From Epiperipatus broadwayi (lineage: Eukaryota; Animalia; Onychophora), in contig JAQFVV010000011.1 in NCBI GenBank assembly GCA_028023455.1, positions 620,001 to 684,000 on the forward strand: a stretch of DNA of 64,000 nucleotides, written 5' to 3'. The notes under the pieces are model-generated. The model was not told where the DNA came from. It worked only from the letters and a program-made list of their open reading frames with translations, and searched no databases. Of the stretch, positions 1 to 12,550 are shown one piece after another; position 1 is the first letter of the stretch, and each line of letters opens with the position of its first letter. The translations under genes and the position numbers were made by a program.

Positions 1-78
1 TGTTGAATTCCTTGTTTAAACCATCCATGTCTTCCATTCTTTGGATGTAAATGCTGTGCCATGATCAGATATCACTAT
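1..78 (-). pseudogene. Gypsy integrase core, distal part beyond the insertion
   Basis: The reverse complement reads IVISDHGTAFTSKEWKTWMV, the SDxG(x)2F motif that continues ...EVGKP* at ~1973-1990. Confidence 0.85.
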
Positions 79-1968
79 TGTAACGGAATAGCGTTACATG
101 GGATTTGAACCCAGGCATATGAGGTTATGTTAAACTATAATCAATTGACGAAATAAATGACAGGGACAAAACTTTTAAAAAGCGGTCTTGCTTTAATAAT
201 AAACGAGAAACAGCCATTTCTAAAGCAGTCTTGCTTTAATAATAAACGAGAAACCTGTCATATTTATTGAAATAAAAAAGTAAAAGAGTTTTTTTTTATT
301 ATTTTGTGTTTGTTTGTTAAGAATAAATCTATAATCATTAGTTGTAGTTTTTTTTTGCATTTTTAATTAAGTAAAGAGAGAGGAATGATTGAAAGCAAGT
401 TTAACTTTTATTAAATCATTTGAATCATTTTGAACAAAAGGGAAAAATGAATAAATTAATTTGCAATATGTTCTGAAATTCCAAGCGATCTAAAATTATT
501 TTAAATAGGGGTAATTAGTAAATGTAAAATTAGAGAAATTGAAACAATAGGCAGGATATGTGCTGGTACGCCTAGATAAAACAAGCCAAATTTAGAAACA
601 GAGGTGAGAAAAGGTGTACACTGCCATTGTACAACTCAGACTTCTGTCTCCAGTGAAACAATACCTGAAAAAATGGTCAAATTGAGTGAAATTCCAAGGT
701 GGTGTAAACGATCCCAGAAATCACGGAATTAAATTGACAATCGATGGACTTATAAGATGAAGGGACTCACAGGTGCATGGGAGTGATTGGGTGAGAAAAA
801 TTCAAGGTGTGAGGGCGGGAAGGAAGAGATCAAAAAGGCCGGACAGCGCTTTGAGGAGATGATTAGATTATTAGATGATTAGACTATTATTGATTATTAT
901 TAGACGATTGAAATCTAACGGAGATGCGTTGCTGAACATAAAATTCGCGGCTTGACCACCGGACCTCCGCGTCCAGCTCCGCTGATTGCTAATAGGATGC
1001 TCGTAACACCGGAGAAACTTCACATAAGGACCACACACGCTTTGAGACCTTGCAAATTGCCGGAATGCTTCGTTAAAGAAGAAACCATCGCTCAGGATCC
1101 CATTACAGTCTTTCTACGTTCCACAGGTAGCTATCTTTAAATTGTCGTATTCACTTATGCACCAAAATAAAATAACTTTAATAACCAGAATTATTAAAAA
1201 ACAGTAAGCTAAAATGATAAAGTTACTCTTGACCAATAATGAACAATTCGAGAATCTAACCAAATAAGTTTGCCTACAGATTAACATTCTTTAAAATATG
1301 TGCGAAGTCACCTTGAAATCTATATTTAATTATCTCGGCTTGCCGATCATATACCTGCATTAATTGTTAGTAAACAGATTAAATAAAACATTTATTTAAC
1401 TAGTATTTTTTTGTTATTAATTGCTTGGAATTTCAACATAAATTTATATAATAGGAATGAGTGCTATAGCGATCAAATTTGTTTGTATATGGATGAATGC
1501 ATTTGATATTTTTGGTGTTGGAATTTGATTTTATTTATGCTTATGTTTGTTATGTTCTCTTAGATTAAATTAAGTTTGATTAATTTGTTCTGTGGGATAT
1601 AGGGTGGGCCCTCATATAATAAGTAATTGATCGTGAGTGAAAGATCACAGATACAATGTAATTTGAAGGGTAATATTGGTTGTGTTCGTTTCTTGCTTCC
1701 GACTGGAGTGATGCACGGGCATGTTTTGTGATATAGTTGAGTGAGCTTATGCACATACATGGCGGACTCTTATAAAAGTTCTCCTGGCGCCTATTACTTG
1801 GATTCAATCTGAATTTACATATAAAATAAATAAAGCGTACGTGTATATGTGTTTGAAATTATCTTCACAGAACATTATGTAATCCCCCGGACGCAAGAAC
1901 ACAGCAGATTCGTAATAGTGATGTTATTGAGTGAGCAGGAGCGCGCTCACGCACACCGGGCGGGTACA
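79..1968. mobile_element. 1,890-bp insertion with TG...CA termini (solo-LTR-like) inside the Gypsy integrase
   Basis: Termini TGTAAC(79)...GGTACA(1968). 4-bp TSD CTAT at 75-78 and 1969-1972. Removing it rejoins the integrase frame. CpG-rich relative to the host element, with internal short tandem repeats (~179-253, ~861-910). Confidence 0.8.
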
Positions 1969-2587
1969 CTATCTAAGGTTTTCCAACTTCCGACAACTGT
2001 TTTACCCAAAGTGCCTTTATTGCTCCTCTAGAGTTCACTGTCCTTACTGGGTATGCTTTCACTTATTTTGAAAACACATCATACATGGCAAACAGATACT
2101 GGAATCATTGAAACATCAGTAATGGGCCGTAATGATCTAAAACTAGCAGCTCATTTGGTTTAGATGTGAGGATCGGTTTTGGCTCTCCTGCATATGATCG
2201 ATTTGGTGCCTTGCTCCAAGCACAAATCTCACAGGTTTTCAACACATGTAAGATCTGTGAGTACATACCTGGCCAATAAAATTGACATTTTATTGCTTCT
2301 TCTACTTTCTGAGGACCATAATGTCCCACTGACTGATGGATATGGGTAATAATTTGGTTTCTCAATTTATGAGGTATTATGACTTTCCATGGACTGTGAG
2401 GGCTTTTGGTATTAATCTGAAGGATTCCATCTGTGTTTCTGTATTGATTATAGTGCCTACTGTCTGCCATCTTAGATGTAATGATGTTAATTATTTTCTT
2501 ATATTGAGCATCCTGGACCTGCCAATATGCTAAATTCTGGAGGTGAGATTCCACTGTGTTTCCTGCTGTGGTTGTCATTATCTTCAT
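1969..2587 (-). pseudogene. Gypsy integrase zinc-binding domain and N-terminal core
   Basis: ORF 2105-2587 has HQSVGHYG...YWPGM...CEIC...LDHYGPL. It continues through stops as FQYLFAMYDVFSK*VKAYP...VGKP. Confidence 0.9.
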
Positions 2588-2598
2588 TGTCTGGTTTC

Positions 2599-3713
2599 CT
2601 AAATCTGGATTCTGAGCACAGGGTGGTGGCTTAAAATATCAACCACAATATTATGTGATCCTGGGCAATAAATGACACTATACTGAAACTGTTGAAGAAT
2701 CAGGCTCCACCTTATCAATATGTCATTGTTTAAAAAGCTCTTGTTCAGAAATTCCAAACATTTGTGGTCAGTTATGATTACCACTTCTGATTCCCAACAA
2801 AAACTGTTTCAGTTTCTGGCACACCCACACTATTGCTAATGTCTCCTGCTCAGTTGTTGTATAATGCTTTTCTGCCCTTCTCAACGTCTGACTAATAAAG
2901 CACAACACTTGATGCTCATTCTTATCATGAATTTGAATCAACACAGCACCTAAGCCTTGCCTACTGCTATCTTCTTGAAGGTAAAGGGGTGGGCAAAATC
3001 CGGATGGTATAACATTACTGTTTCCAAGAACTTAGACATTTCTTCCTCATGCCTCTCTTTCCATTCCCATTTTTACTACTCTTCTTTATTAATTCAATTA
3101 GCTGTGTGGTGTCATAAGCAAATTTAGGATAGAAGTGGTGATAGAAATTACACACTCCTAGAAATGCTCGAACCTGCTTCTGGTTGGTGGGAGTTGAAAA
3201 TTTTTTTATAGCTTCTATTTTTGCAGGATGGGGTTTGACACCTTGACTATTTACATCATGGCCCAAAAGTTCAATTTCATCCACTGTGAAAAAACTATTT
3301 TTCATGTTGATGGTTATATTTTTAGGTATGCATTCATGAAAGAAGCTTTCCAAATGATGCAAATGCTTGTTGATATCTTTTGAGGTGATCACAATATTGT
3401 CCATGTAACAAACCATGTGTTCCTGTATTTGAGGAGATAAAACATTCTTCAAACATCTCATGAGGTCTGCTCCACTGTTAATTAAGCTGAATGGAACCCT
3501 TTTGAACATGTGAATCTGGCCATTGTAACGAAATGCCGTATACCTTCTATCGTGGTGGTCCAATGCCATTTGCCAATAACTCGCTGTCATGTCCATGATC
3601 GAGAATACAGTCTTCCCTCTGAGCTGCACAAACATTTCGTGCATCAGCAGCAGCACATCACATTCCAGAATGGTCACATTACTTAGGTGATGTGCATCCA
3701 AACACAAACACAC
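2599..3713 (-). pseudogene. Gypsy reverse transcriptase / RNase H remnants
   Basis: ORF 3015-3713 (YMDN for YxDD; KIEAIKKFSTPTNQKQVRAFLG) and ORF 2599-2784 (TDHK..L..RWSLILQQFQYSVIYCPG). Confidence 0.9.
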
Positions 3714-4158
3714 ATTTCCATTTTTATTATTACAATCAATGGATTATTGTATGGTGGAGGGGCCCATTTGATAATATCTCATTTCAGCATCTGCTTTATT
3801 TGTTTATCCACTTCCTCTTTGAATTGGAACAGGATAGGTTAAGTTTTTGTTTGCTGGTATGATTCCTCTCTAAGCCTAATTCGGTGAGTATACCCTCTAA
3901 TTTTCCCTGCTACACCAGAAAATACCACTGTGTATCTTTGTAAAATTTGTTGCAACTGCTGACTATGCTCCTTATTCTTAATCATTGATATGCCAACTTT
4001 TTGTTTTATCATTTCTTCATCGATCACTTGTACAACATAACTGCCAATGGAGTGTTTATCTTGAACCACTGTTGTAAGTGGAACTTTTATGTCTTCTAAC
4101 ATACATTTCCTCGTTGGGTAATGTATGATCCCTTGATACTGCTGAAGAAAATCTAAAC

Positions 4159-4440
4159 CTATACTAAGTCATACAACAACCCCTCCATTACTAAGAAGGC
4201 ATGTTTAAAACATTTGCCACTAATTGTAATCTCAAGCCACATTTGGTATCGTTCACTATTGATTTTTTTTCCATTCGCCAGTGTTAACTGGATAGGGCAC
4301 ATGAGAAACTTTAAGTATCTTGGGTTGCTTTCATATTCTATGGCTAGTTTTTTTAATACCATAGATACTTGACTGCCTGAGTCAACTAATGCTTGTATTT
4401 TATTGTCATTTATGTTTATTTGAATGACTGGGTTTATGTT
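4159..4440 (-). pseudogene. Retroviral-type aspartic protease remnant
   Basis: IQALVDSGSQVS motif followed in frame by ORF 4159-4362 (LTLANGKKI...HAFLVMEGLLYDLV). Confidence 0.8.
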
Positions 4441-4504
4441 TGTGTGTATGTCTTCTTTGTTATCCTTACAATTGCTGTATGGTATGGCACAGCTTCCTTA
4501 TTTT

Positions 4505-5586
4505 CTATTCTTGACAGGTTTGTACTCTTTTGTTTGGTAGATTATTTTTAAATGTTACCTCCTTTCCATTTCTGACTTCATCAAGATTTTCATATTTGAT
4601 AGTTGTTAGTATACGAGTTGTACCTTCAATATCTTGCTCTTGACTGCTTATCAATATTTCCCTTATCCAGGATGGCATGTTGTGCCTAATCATCCTTACT
4701 ATCTGCATTTCTGGATAATTGAATGCACTTAGTGCTTTTATTCGATTTACCTGTCTAACAAAAAACTGAGCATAAGTCTCTTGATGGTTAGCCGGGTATC
4801 TTTCATGCATTATGGAATACATCAAACCTTCCTGCCACTCCACACTCCAATACATCGACATCACTGCATTCTCATATTCCATAAATGTTTGTGGTTGTAT
4901 CGACAGAGTGTTCCACCAGTCTCTGGCAGATTCTTCTAAATGATGACTGGAGATCACCACTTTTTGTTGTTCCATCATGTTCTGGAATTGGAAAAAATAG
5001 ACTGTCTAGGTCGTGTCTAGTGTTTCCATCTGGTTCCCCTCTAAAACATTAGATATGGACAAACTTTGCCACAGGAGATGTCACTGGATTAATTATTATT
5101 GGCACAAGGATTTGGTTGGCTTGTTGCACCTGGGTTGAGTTCAGTGGTTGATGAATGTTCATTTCCTTTTTATCCTCATTCATCTGTCATTTTCTTGTCC
5201 ATCCTGCATTTGATGCTTGACTAACACATCCAAGGTATGCATATCCTTTTCTAATTCATTATCCATCAATAATTTAAGTTGCATATCAACTTGTTTCTGT
5301 TGATGTTGCCATTTTAACTGAGTATCCTCATCTGGCAATACTTTTGTTCTGGTGGCATGTTGTTGATGGAGACCCATGTTTTCCTCCAAGCGGTTCAATC
5401 TTTGTGATGTCATTCCCATGAATTCTTGGAACATGGTCATCATTATTTTTCTTTCTTGTCTCATTTCTGTTATGAGATCTTCCAAATTGTATTTTGGTCA
5501 CTATGAGTAGATGTTGCTGTATTTGGAAGGTTGAGCACTACCTCCTCATCACTGTCATAATCTTCGTCTTTCTTCTGTTTGTCCAT
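4505..5586 (-). pseudogene. Gypsy gag remnant
   Basis: ORFs 5180-5485 (coiled-coil-like) and 4505-4978 (HLEESARDWW, retrotransposon-gag-like). A plausible ATG at 5586 (MDKQKKDEDYDSDEE) lies directly upstream of PR. Confidence 0.7.
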
Positions 5587-5608
5587 TTTTGCCTAATATT
5601 GGCTATTT

Positions 5609-5975
5609 TGTTATACAGCACTCACACCTTATTTGTAAAATGTATTTTAGTCTTTTATAAACAATCTAGATAAGTATATTTTATCACACATATCTAGGAG
5701 CTATATCCTTCTGTATATCAAAAAAAATTTACTTCATTCTAAAATAAATCAGTATTCTTTATATAACTATCTGTTTTATTTGTATATTTTTAGAAATCAA
5801 CTTTGCCTACCTCACAAGGTCCCATCCTAAACCTATGCCTATATGTATCTGTTTGTACATGGAAAAAATAAAATAAAATCCTACCGTGTCTGTTTTTAAT
5901 ATTTATACTACATATTATTCTCCTCACTTTATTTATTGTTATATTTCATTAAAATGTCATTACTAGGTTGTCACA
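5609..5975 (-). repeat. Candidate 5' LTR of the Gypsy element
   Basis: On the minus strand it begins TGTGAC (5975) and ends TAACA (5609), followed by a decayed PBS-like TAGCCAATATTAGGC just before gag. The partner LTR is outside the window, so this is unconfirmed. Confidence 0.4.
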
Positions 5976-6065
5976 ATACAATTAAAATAATACACTTACA
6001 GCTTGACCTGGCTTTCTCTGACACCTGAAACAACTAAAAAATGCATTTACATTAATATACAAGTA

Positions 6066-6082
6066 TATATACACACACACAC

Positions 6083-6122
<40 letters not shown>

Positions 6123-6180
6123 CTGGATACTCAATCTATTCTGAAACAGAGGGCGCCACCAGACCACTATGTGTGGGGGG

Positions 6181-6231
<51 letters not shown>
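6066..6231. repeat. (AC)n/(AT)n microsatellite and a ~57-nt poly-G tract (6175-6231)
   Basis: Directly visible. It explains the poly-Pro and poly-Gly pseudo-ORFs. Confidence 0.95.
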
Positions 6232-6233
<2 letters not shown>

Positions 6234-8690
6234 CACCACCCACATGGAAAATTTGTTTACTGTGATCAGAATAGATGATGGTTTGCGCTGACTAGACTCA
6301 GGGAGAAACAAGAGATCTTAAATTGTTTAGACAATTGAGACAAAAGCACAAATACAATGTCAGCCAAATTAAGTTTAAACATATTTCATAAATTTTATTA
6401 TGAGACAATAAATTATTAAATATAAGTTTATGCCACAATAGATGGGGGTTAACTCAGGCGTGTACCAGACAGACTAAAGGCAAAGCTATGACGGACTGAC
6501 TGATCTTCTAATAAACAAATTTAAAAGGAAGGAAGCAAATTTCGTTCGGCAGAGGATTCACTTAAACACTGGTTTCCATTTAAACCATATGCCCCTGAAA
6601 TAGATCAAAGAACTCAGTGCCGATGAGCTTTCCAAGATCTAAGCATGGTCAGATCTCAAATGTCCTTATATCGGTATGAACTGCACCAATTACTACATTT
6701 AAAATAACAGTGATTGATCCAACTGAAAAACAATCGAAAAATATCATTGAAACAAAGAAACAATTAAACCTGGTGAATCCCAGCCAAACGATTGGCAAAA
6801 ATTACTTTAAAATTAATAATTAATGGTCTCAATAAGAGACAAGTAAATGATTAGAAAAACAGTTACGTCTGCCCAGCATTTAAAGAAAATAAACTTACAA
6901 ACAAATTCTGAGTACACACTCTGACAAATTTAAAGCACACATAATAAATACAAAAAGAAATCTATCAGAGAGTGCACGAGTACGAAATATCAAAAGTTTA
7001 AATACTCTAGCAGAATGAAAGTATTGCTCACCTGTAATTTAAGAAAGGATAAATTTTATCTTTTTGCTGATGACTTATAAACTTACAAAGGAAAAACACA
7101 ATTCTAATTTCCGCTTTTAGAGTTATTAGAAATGAAATCTCCATCTGCGGCAAATTAGACGATAAAGTCGCCAGCCAAAAGATTTTCGAAGGTTTGCGAA
7201 AGCGCAAACACAGTGTTTACAAATTAATTATTGAATACTAAATAATTACAGGTAAGCATTTAAAATGCACAACCGCTAAAGCATTTATAAAAGTCTTACA
7301 TAAAAATAGGAAACTCACTCGTCACTCTCCAATAAACAAAAATTGAAAGCAACTTGGCATCTTAAAACTAAGATTCCAAGACACTTTACAAAATCTTAGA
7401 AAACACAGCAAATATTAAATATGAGGCTATATTGTTTAGGAATACATATTTGTGATTAGATTGAGTGGAGATTTAATGAGAATTAATTTACCCTGGGAAG
7501 AATAAAAAGAAAATAGTTACCTTTCGGTAAAAGCAATTTTCACGTAGAGTGCACACTTTTACTTTTCATTTTCAGGTCTTTAGACCATGGCAAGGTAGAT
7601 GTAATGAGGTTCCGGCTTCTTTTAGGTGTTTAAGGCATTACTGGAGCAAACTTGGAAGTCAGGGATCCATCTTTTGTTGAATTAGCAAGCCATTTGGGTG
7701 GTGACAACACGGATAGAATTTTTCATCTTGTGGCAAGCAGAAGTATTTAATAACAGCTCTTGTCCTTTAAGAATTTAAATGTCCATGCTGATAAAAACTT
7801 TTACTTTAGAAACAGCTTGTCTATTTACGAATCTGAATTAACTCCCACTCCAAATTTTCGGGGCTATTTATACGTTGCTCCATTTCTCGCGAAACACTTT
7901 CCTTGTTGTTCAATTTCTTCGCCTTAGGCAGGGCAAATATTAATCTTTCACTCAATCTATCTAGGAATTCTAACCAGGGATTATTGAAATGAAAACAACT
8001 ACATAAAAATCAAATCTCCACTCTTTAAAATAAAAGCCACAGGAATGTAATTAGCTAGGTTGCTTGTTTTTTTGTTAATCAAATGGATTTAAAAACAGGC
8101 GGTACATGAAAACTATTTTAAAATAAATCGAAAAACATTTTTTAAAAAAAATCCATTTTACATATGTTTTGATACACGCATTCTTTTTAAATAATAATGA
8201 AAATTTAAACCCTAAACGTTTAATTAAAATTAAAAGCTTAATAAATTTCCTTTTTTTTTTTGTTTAATAACAACACCATTGAACCGGATTTCAATCAGGT
8301 TCAATATATATCAAAGGGAATATGTGAGCAAAATATACATAAGTCATGTTTAAAAATTATTTTGGCTCACTAAGCATACATTTTTATTTTGATCATCTAC
8401 CTCCTATGGTTTGTTTATTTGTAATCTGATATTAGAGATTGCACTTGCCAACAAATTTATTTGATAAGGGTGCCAGTTGACAAGACAATGGCCATATCAA
8501 ATATACATATTAATGGACAATGATCCAAGCACACATTGATAAGGATTATAAAATTTAAATGCAATTAAAATTTATTTTGAGTTTCACTTCACTTTCAAAA
8601 AAAAAATCTCTGCATGAATAAGTAAATGGTATTTTAAATGACAGTATTAATTAAGTCTAAGACGTATACAACTCAGTAAGGTAACATGTC

Positions 8691-8880
8691 TGACCTGGGT
8701 TCGAAACCACACTACCATTTTGGTCATAACACAAAAAAAATCAATTTCAACAGCCTAAAGTACATTTAACAAAACAAAATATACACAAAAAAAAATTAAA
8801 AATAAAAGTAAAATCCCATGATAACCGCCACTCCGAATTATGAACCTGGGATTGAAACCAACTACCATTTTGGTCACAAC
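8691..8880 (+). repeat. Two ~40-bp direct repeats with a T-loop-like GGTTCGAAACC core
   Basis: tgacctgggttcgaaaccacactaccattttggtcataac (8691-8730) and tgaacctgggattgaaaccaactaccattttggtcacaac (8841-8880). Confidence 0.75.
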
Positions 8881-8964
8881 CTGAAATAGATTAACAATTA
8901 TCAAACAATTTTACAGATAACACATTGAGATCAAAAACTGTTTAAAAAACATTTATATAAAAAC

Positions 8965-9606
8965 GGATTTTACCGAACTATAACAAAATGTATACCATAT
9001 ACACCCATATATATGAATATATACATCATTAAATAAGCATATATATGACTACATATAAATATACAAACAGATATACCTACATAAATATTTTTTTCATTAT
9101 CATGTACATGATTTTATTAGAATGATTCATCATATTGCAGACCGCATACTCCTATTATTTCAGGCTAGTAAACGCTGGTTGCAACTATGACAAGGAAGCA
9201 ATGATTTCAGACATAGACCTATTATTTCAGGCTACTCAGCAATCCTAAACTCTAAAGTGTAAGGGGTCTTCACCTAAAACAGTTAGGATTTTACCGAACT
9301 ATAACGAAATGTATACCATATACACCCATATATATGAATATATACATCATTAAATAAGCATATATATGACTACATATAAATATACAAACTGATATACCTA
9401 CATAAATATTTTTTTCATTATCATGTACATGATTTTATTAGAATGATTCATCATATTGCAGACCGCATACTCTTATTATTTCAGGCTAGTAAACGCTGGT
9501 TGCAACTATGACAAGGAAGCAATGATTTCAGACATAGACCTATTATTTCAGGCTACTCAGCAATCCTAAACTCTAAAGTGTAAGGGGTCTTCACCTAAAA
9601 CAGTTA
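8965..9606. repeat. Tandem duplication, 2 x 321 bp
   Basis: 8965-9285 and 9286-9606 differ at only three positions that I could find. Two short repeats of cttcacctaacggttactcaa follow (~9620-9667). Confidence 0.95.
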
Positions 9607-12369
9607 CTAAAAAACAAGGGCTTCACCTAACGGTTACTCAAAGGGTCTTCACCTAACGGTTACTCAATAAATGATTCAATAGCATAATCCAAATTGAGAA
9701 AAAAAATCTTAACTAAATGTGGCTGACATATATGTTATACAGAAACTACTTTAATATTACATATTTATTAAAATGAACATACGCATTTACTATTTCACAA
9801 GTTGAAAATCAAATTTGATATATTAAAACAAAACTTATATCTATATATGTTTGCGAGGAAACGTAACTGCAAAATATTTAAGAGTGAAAAAAAAATTTTT
9901 TGCATGATTAAAATTATTGATTTAAAGAAACAAATGCAGAGAAAGTGAAAAAAAAAATTTGCTAACACTGTACGCTGACACGTGTTGATTTGAACTTATC
10001 AAACTTTTTGATCTTAGAAAAAATTTCTATCAATGCAAAAATGTTATCTATTAGATCTTTACAAAAATTTAAATAAACTGAAAAACATTTTATTATCTAT
10101 TTGTACTTTTTAGTAAAATATTAACACACTGAAGATACACTATAATTCGAAAAACATTATTTTTTCAAAACTTCTCATTTTTAAGCAATACTAAATAACA
10201 TAAAGTATGAAAGCTATTTTAAGTGTGGGCAGGTGGGTATTTATTTGACAATTCCACCTCATCGAAGCTATATACTTTACATGACAAAACAATATGGTGA
10301 CTGGCCATGACAAAACTACTCATTAGGAAAAAATTTCTATCACTCTGATATTTTATTCTCATTATATATTCACAAAAAAAAATGAAACTAACAGTGTTAA
10401 CTTTTCTAAATGTAAAACATTCATTTCATATATTCTAAACTCGGACAAAAATTTTTTTTACCTTATGACACATTTAACTTGTTAATTAATTCAACAAAAA
10501 CAACATTTGCTCACATTAGGAAACAAAACTCTGAAAAATTATACATATATTTTTATATAAATATATTAAAGTAAAACAAACTTCTCAGGGTACTACTTTT
10601 TTTTAAAAAAAATGACATTCGTCCCATGGCGACAAACTCAGAGAAATTTTTTTTACATATATCTATTATTTCAAATCCCCTATTTCTATTCTTCCAAAAA
10701 AAATGAAATTCGGCCCAGTTGGTCACCAAAATTCAGGGAAAATTTTTTACACATATCTATTATCTCATGTTATTTTAAAAAAACATTATATATATGCGTA
10801 CAAATCGGGGGGGGGGGATTTTTTTACATATATATTATTCATTAATTTAAAACAAAAAAAAAAACATTATACACACATAACAAATGTTATACAGAGCATT
10901 GCAGGGTATGGAAAATTTCGAATAGCCACACGATGGGCATCCAAAATGTGGGAAAAAAAATTTATTATGACAGTCAGATGATGTATTTGGTTTAACCCAG
11001 TTCGAATACTAGGCGAAAGTACCTTGAGGCCACCCATATGCGAGATATTAAATCAAGAATACTATGACCTCTGCCCTATTTGCCTATTCTCGAGGCTAAC
11101 GATGAACCAACAACATTATCTGAGACATGCATAAATTATTTTCTCAACTGGCCCAAACTTAGCATCAGGGTAGAGACATGGATGGGAACACTTACGGAGC
11201 TAAATAGTTAAATGTGCATAAAAGTACTATGAAAAATGTGTTTTGCGTGCCTGGATCATTGGAAAAATAAAATAAAGCATTAAAATAAAATTAGAAAAAC
11301 TCAAGCTTTTTAATTAAATAAGATATTTAATTAATGACTTTAAAATATTAATAATGTTTTAATGGCCTCCGCTATTCCCCTGAATTAATGAAAAACAAAT
11401 CAGACAATAAAAATGGATATAAACTATATAATATTTTTGCGGTCTAAGTCTTTTCTTCCCAATTTTAATAAAATTGTCAACTCGAATCTCCTCGATAAAG
11501 TACAATAATAAAAAATCTTTCGCAAAGCATTTTCTAATTGCTTTGCACTAAAAACAGACAGTTTAAAAATTATTTAAGACGTATATAGCTAAATCAGATA
11601 TATGTAATAAGCTAATGGCGGACAAAAGAGGCGTTATCGAGGAGATCAAGTTGGCAAACAAAGGAAACTTACTCGTATTGAATTTAAAAACATAAATGAA
11701 ATTGGAAAGAGATTTTAAATGAAAAATTAACTTTTAAACTTAACCGCAATGGAATACAAAATATTTATACATGTTAGTAATGAAGAATAGCGAAGGAAAA
11801 ATGGTTAAATATATAGATAGATGATCATGCAATATATATATATATATATATATATATTAGATATACTATGCATATATATATGGTATATATATATATATAA
11901 GACTAGTCTAATAAAAATGGTTACATAACAAATATAATTAAATACAACATTTCAGAAATATAATTCAATGAAGCAATTAAGAAAGGTATGAACAAAAAAG
12001 AGTAGAAAGTAAATAATTCAATGGAGGAAAGATACGATTACCATCCTGGTTCCTTGGTCATGTTCCCTCAATGTGTGTGGCTTGATCCGTCCATCGATAG
12101 GTATTTGCCTAGACAAGGAAAGTGGAAATACGTAGCATGCTTTCACGAAAAATCCTACAGACACGGCACAGAGTTCAGATTAATATTGGGTGAATACTAT
12201 GGCATTTCGATGGTATTTAGGACCTTGGCAGCAGGAAAAAATTTGCCTAACCGCCAAGCATGGCAGAATCCATAAAATTCATATGACTTTTAGCTTATAG
12301 CATGTTCAAACTTCTCCATGATTTCAAAGATGACAGTTGAATAACTTTTTGGAGCAAAATGGAAATGAG

Positions 12370-12550
12370 AAGCAAAATCTGGGAGGTTCAAAGCACAGGA
12401 AAAATCTGACTGAATTCTCTACAGAGAAATCTCAGCAAGCAAAAGCAAAATCTGACAAAAGCAAGCACAAGAAAAAGCCTCCAGAGAAATCTGAATGAAA
12501 TCTCCAAAGGGAAATCTGAATGCAATCTCCAAAAGGAAAATCTGAATGCC
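12370..12550. repeat. Degenerate ~25-bp tandem repeats built on AAATCTGAATG
   Basis: Three AAATCTGAATG cores between ~12488 and 12548, plus several AAATCT variants upstream. Confidence 0.7.

Larger units (their letters stand above)
1..5975 (-). mobile_element. Degenerate Ty3/Gypsy LTR retrotransposon (gag-PR-RT-RNaseH-INT), running off the left edge of the window
   Basis: Minus-strand frames give the Gypsy domain order: gag-like (4505-5586), protease ALVDSGSQVS (~4365-4395), RT (CLDAHHL, YWQMAL, RVPFSLIN, VCYMDNIVI, FLGVCNFY), RNase H (IITDHKCLEFL, RWSLILQQFQY), integrase HHCC (IHQSVGHYG...CEIC) and core (LDHYGPL; ISDHGTAFTSKEW at 1-78). Many stops and frameshifts. Confidence 0.93.

Noticed and set aside
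5982-6311. ORFs with poly-Pro / poly-Gly and IY repeats
   Set aside because: Translations of the poly-G tract and (AT)n/(AC)n microsatellite.
7063-7077. FADDL, resembling a LINE RT catalytic motif
   Set aside because: It is followed immediately by a stop, with no upstream GVPQG-type motif and no downstream KYLG; treated as chance.
8691-9667. CRISPR-like repeat array
   Set aside because: The repeats are tandem duplications without unique equal-length spacers; eukaryotic context and no cas genes.
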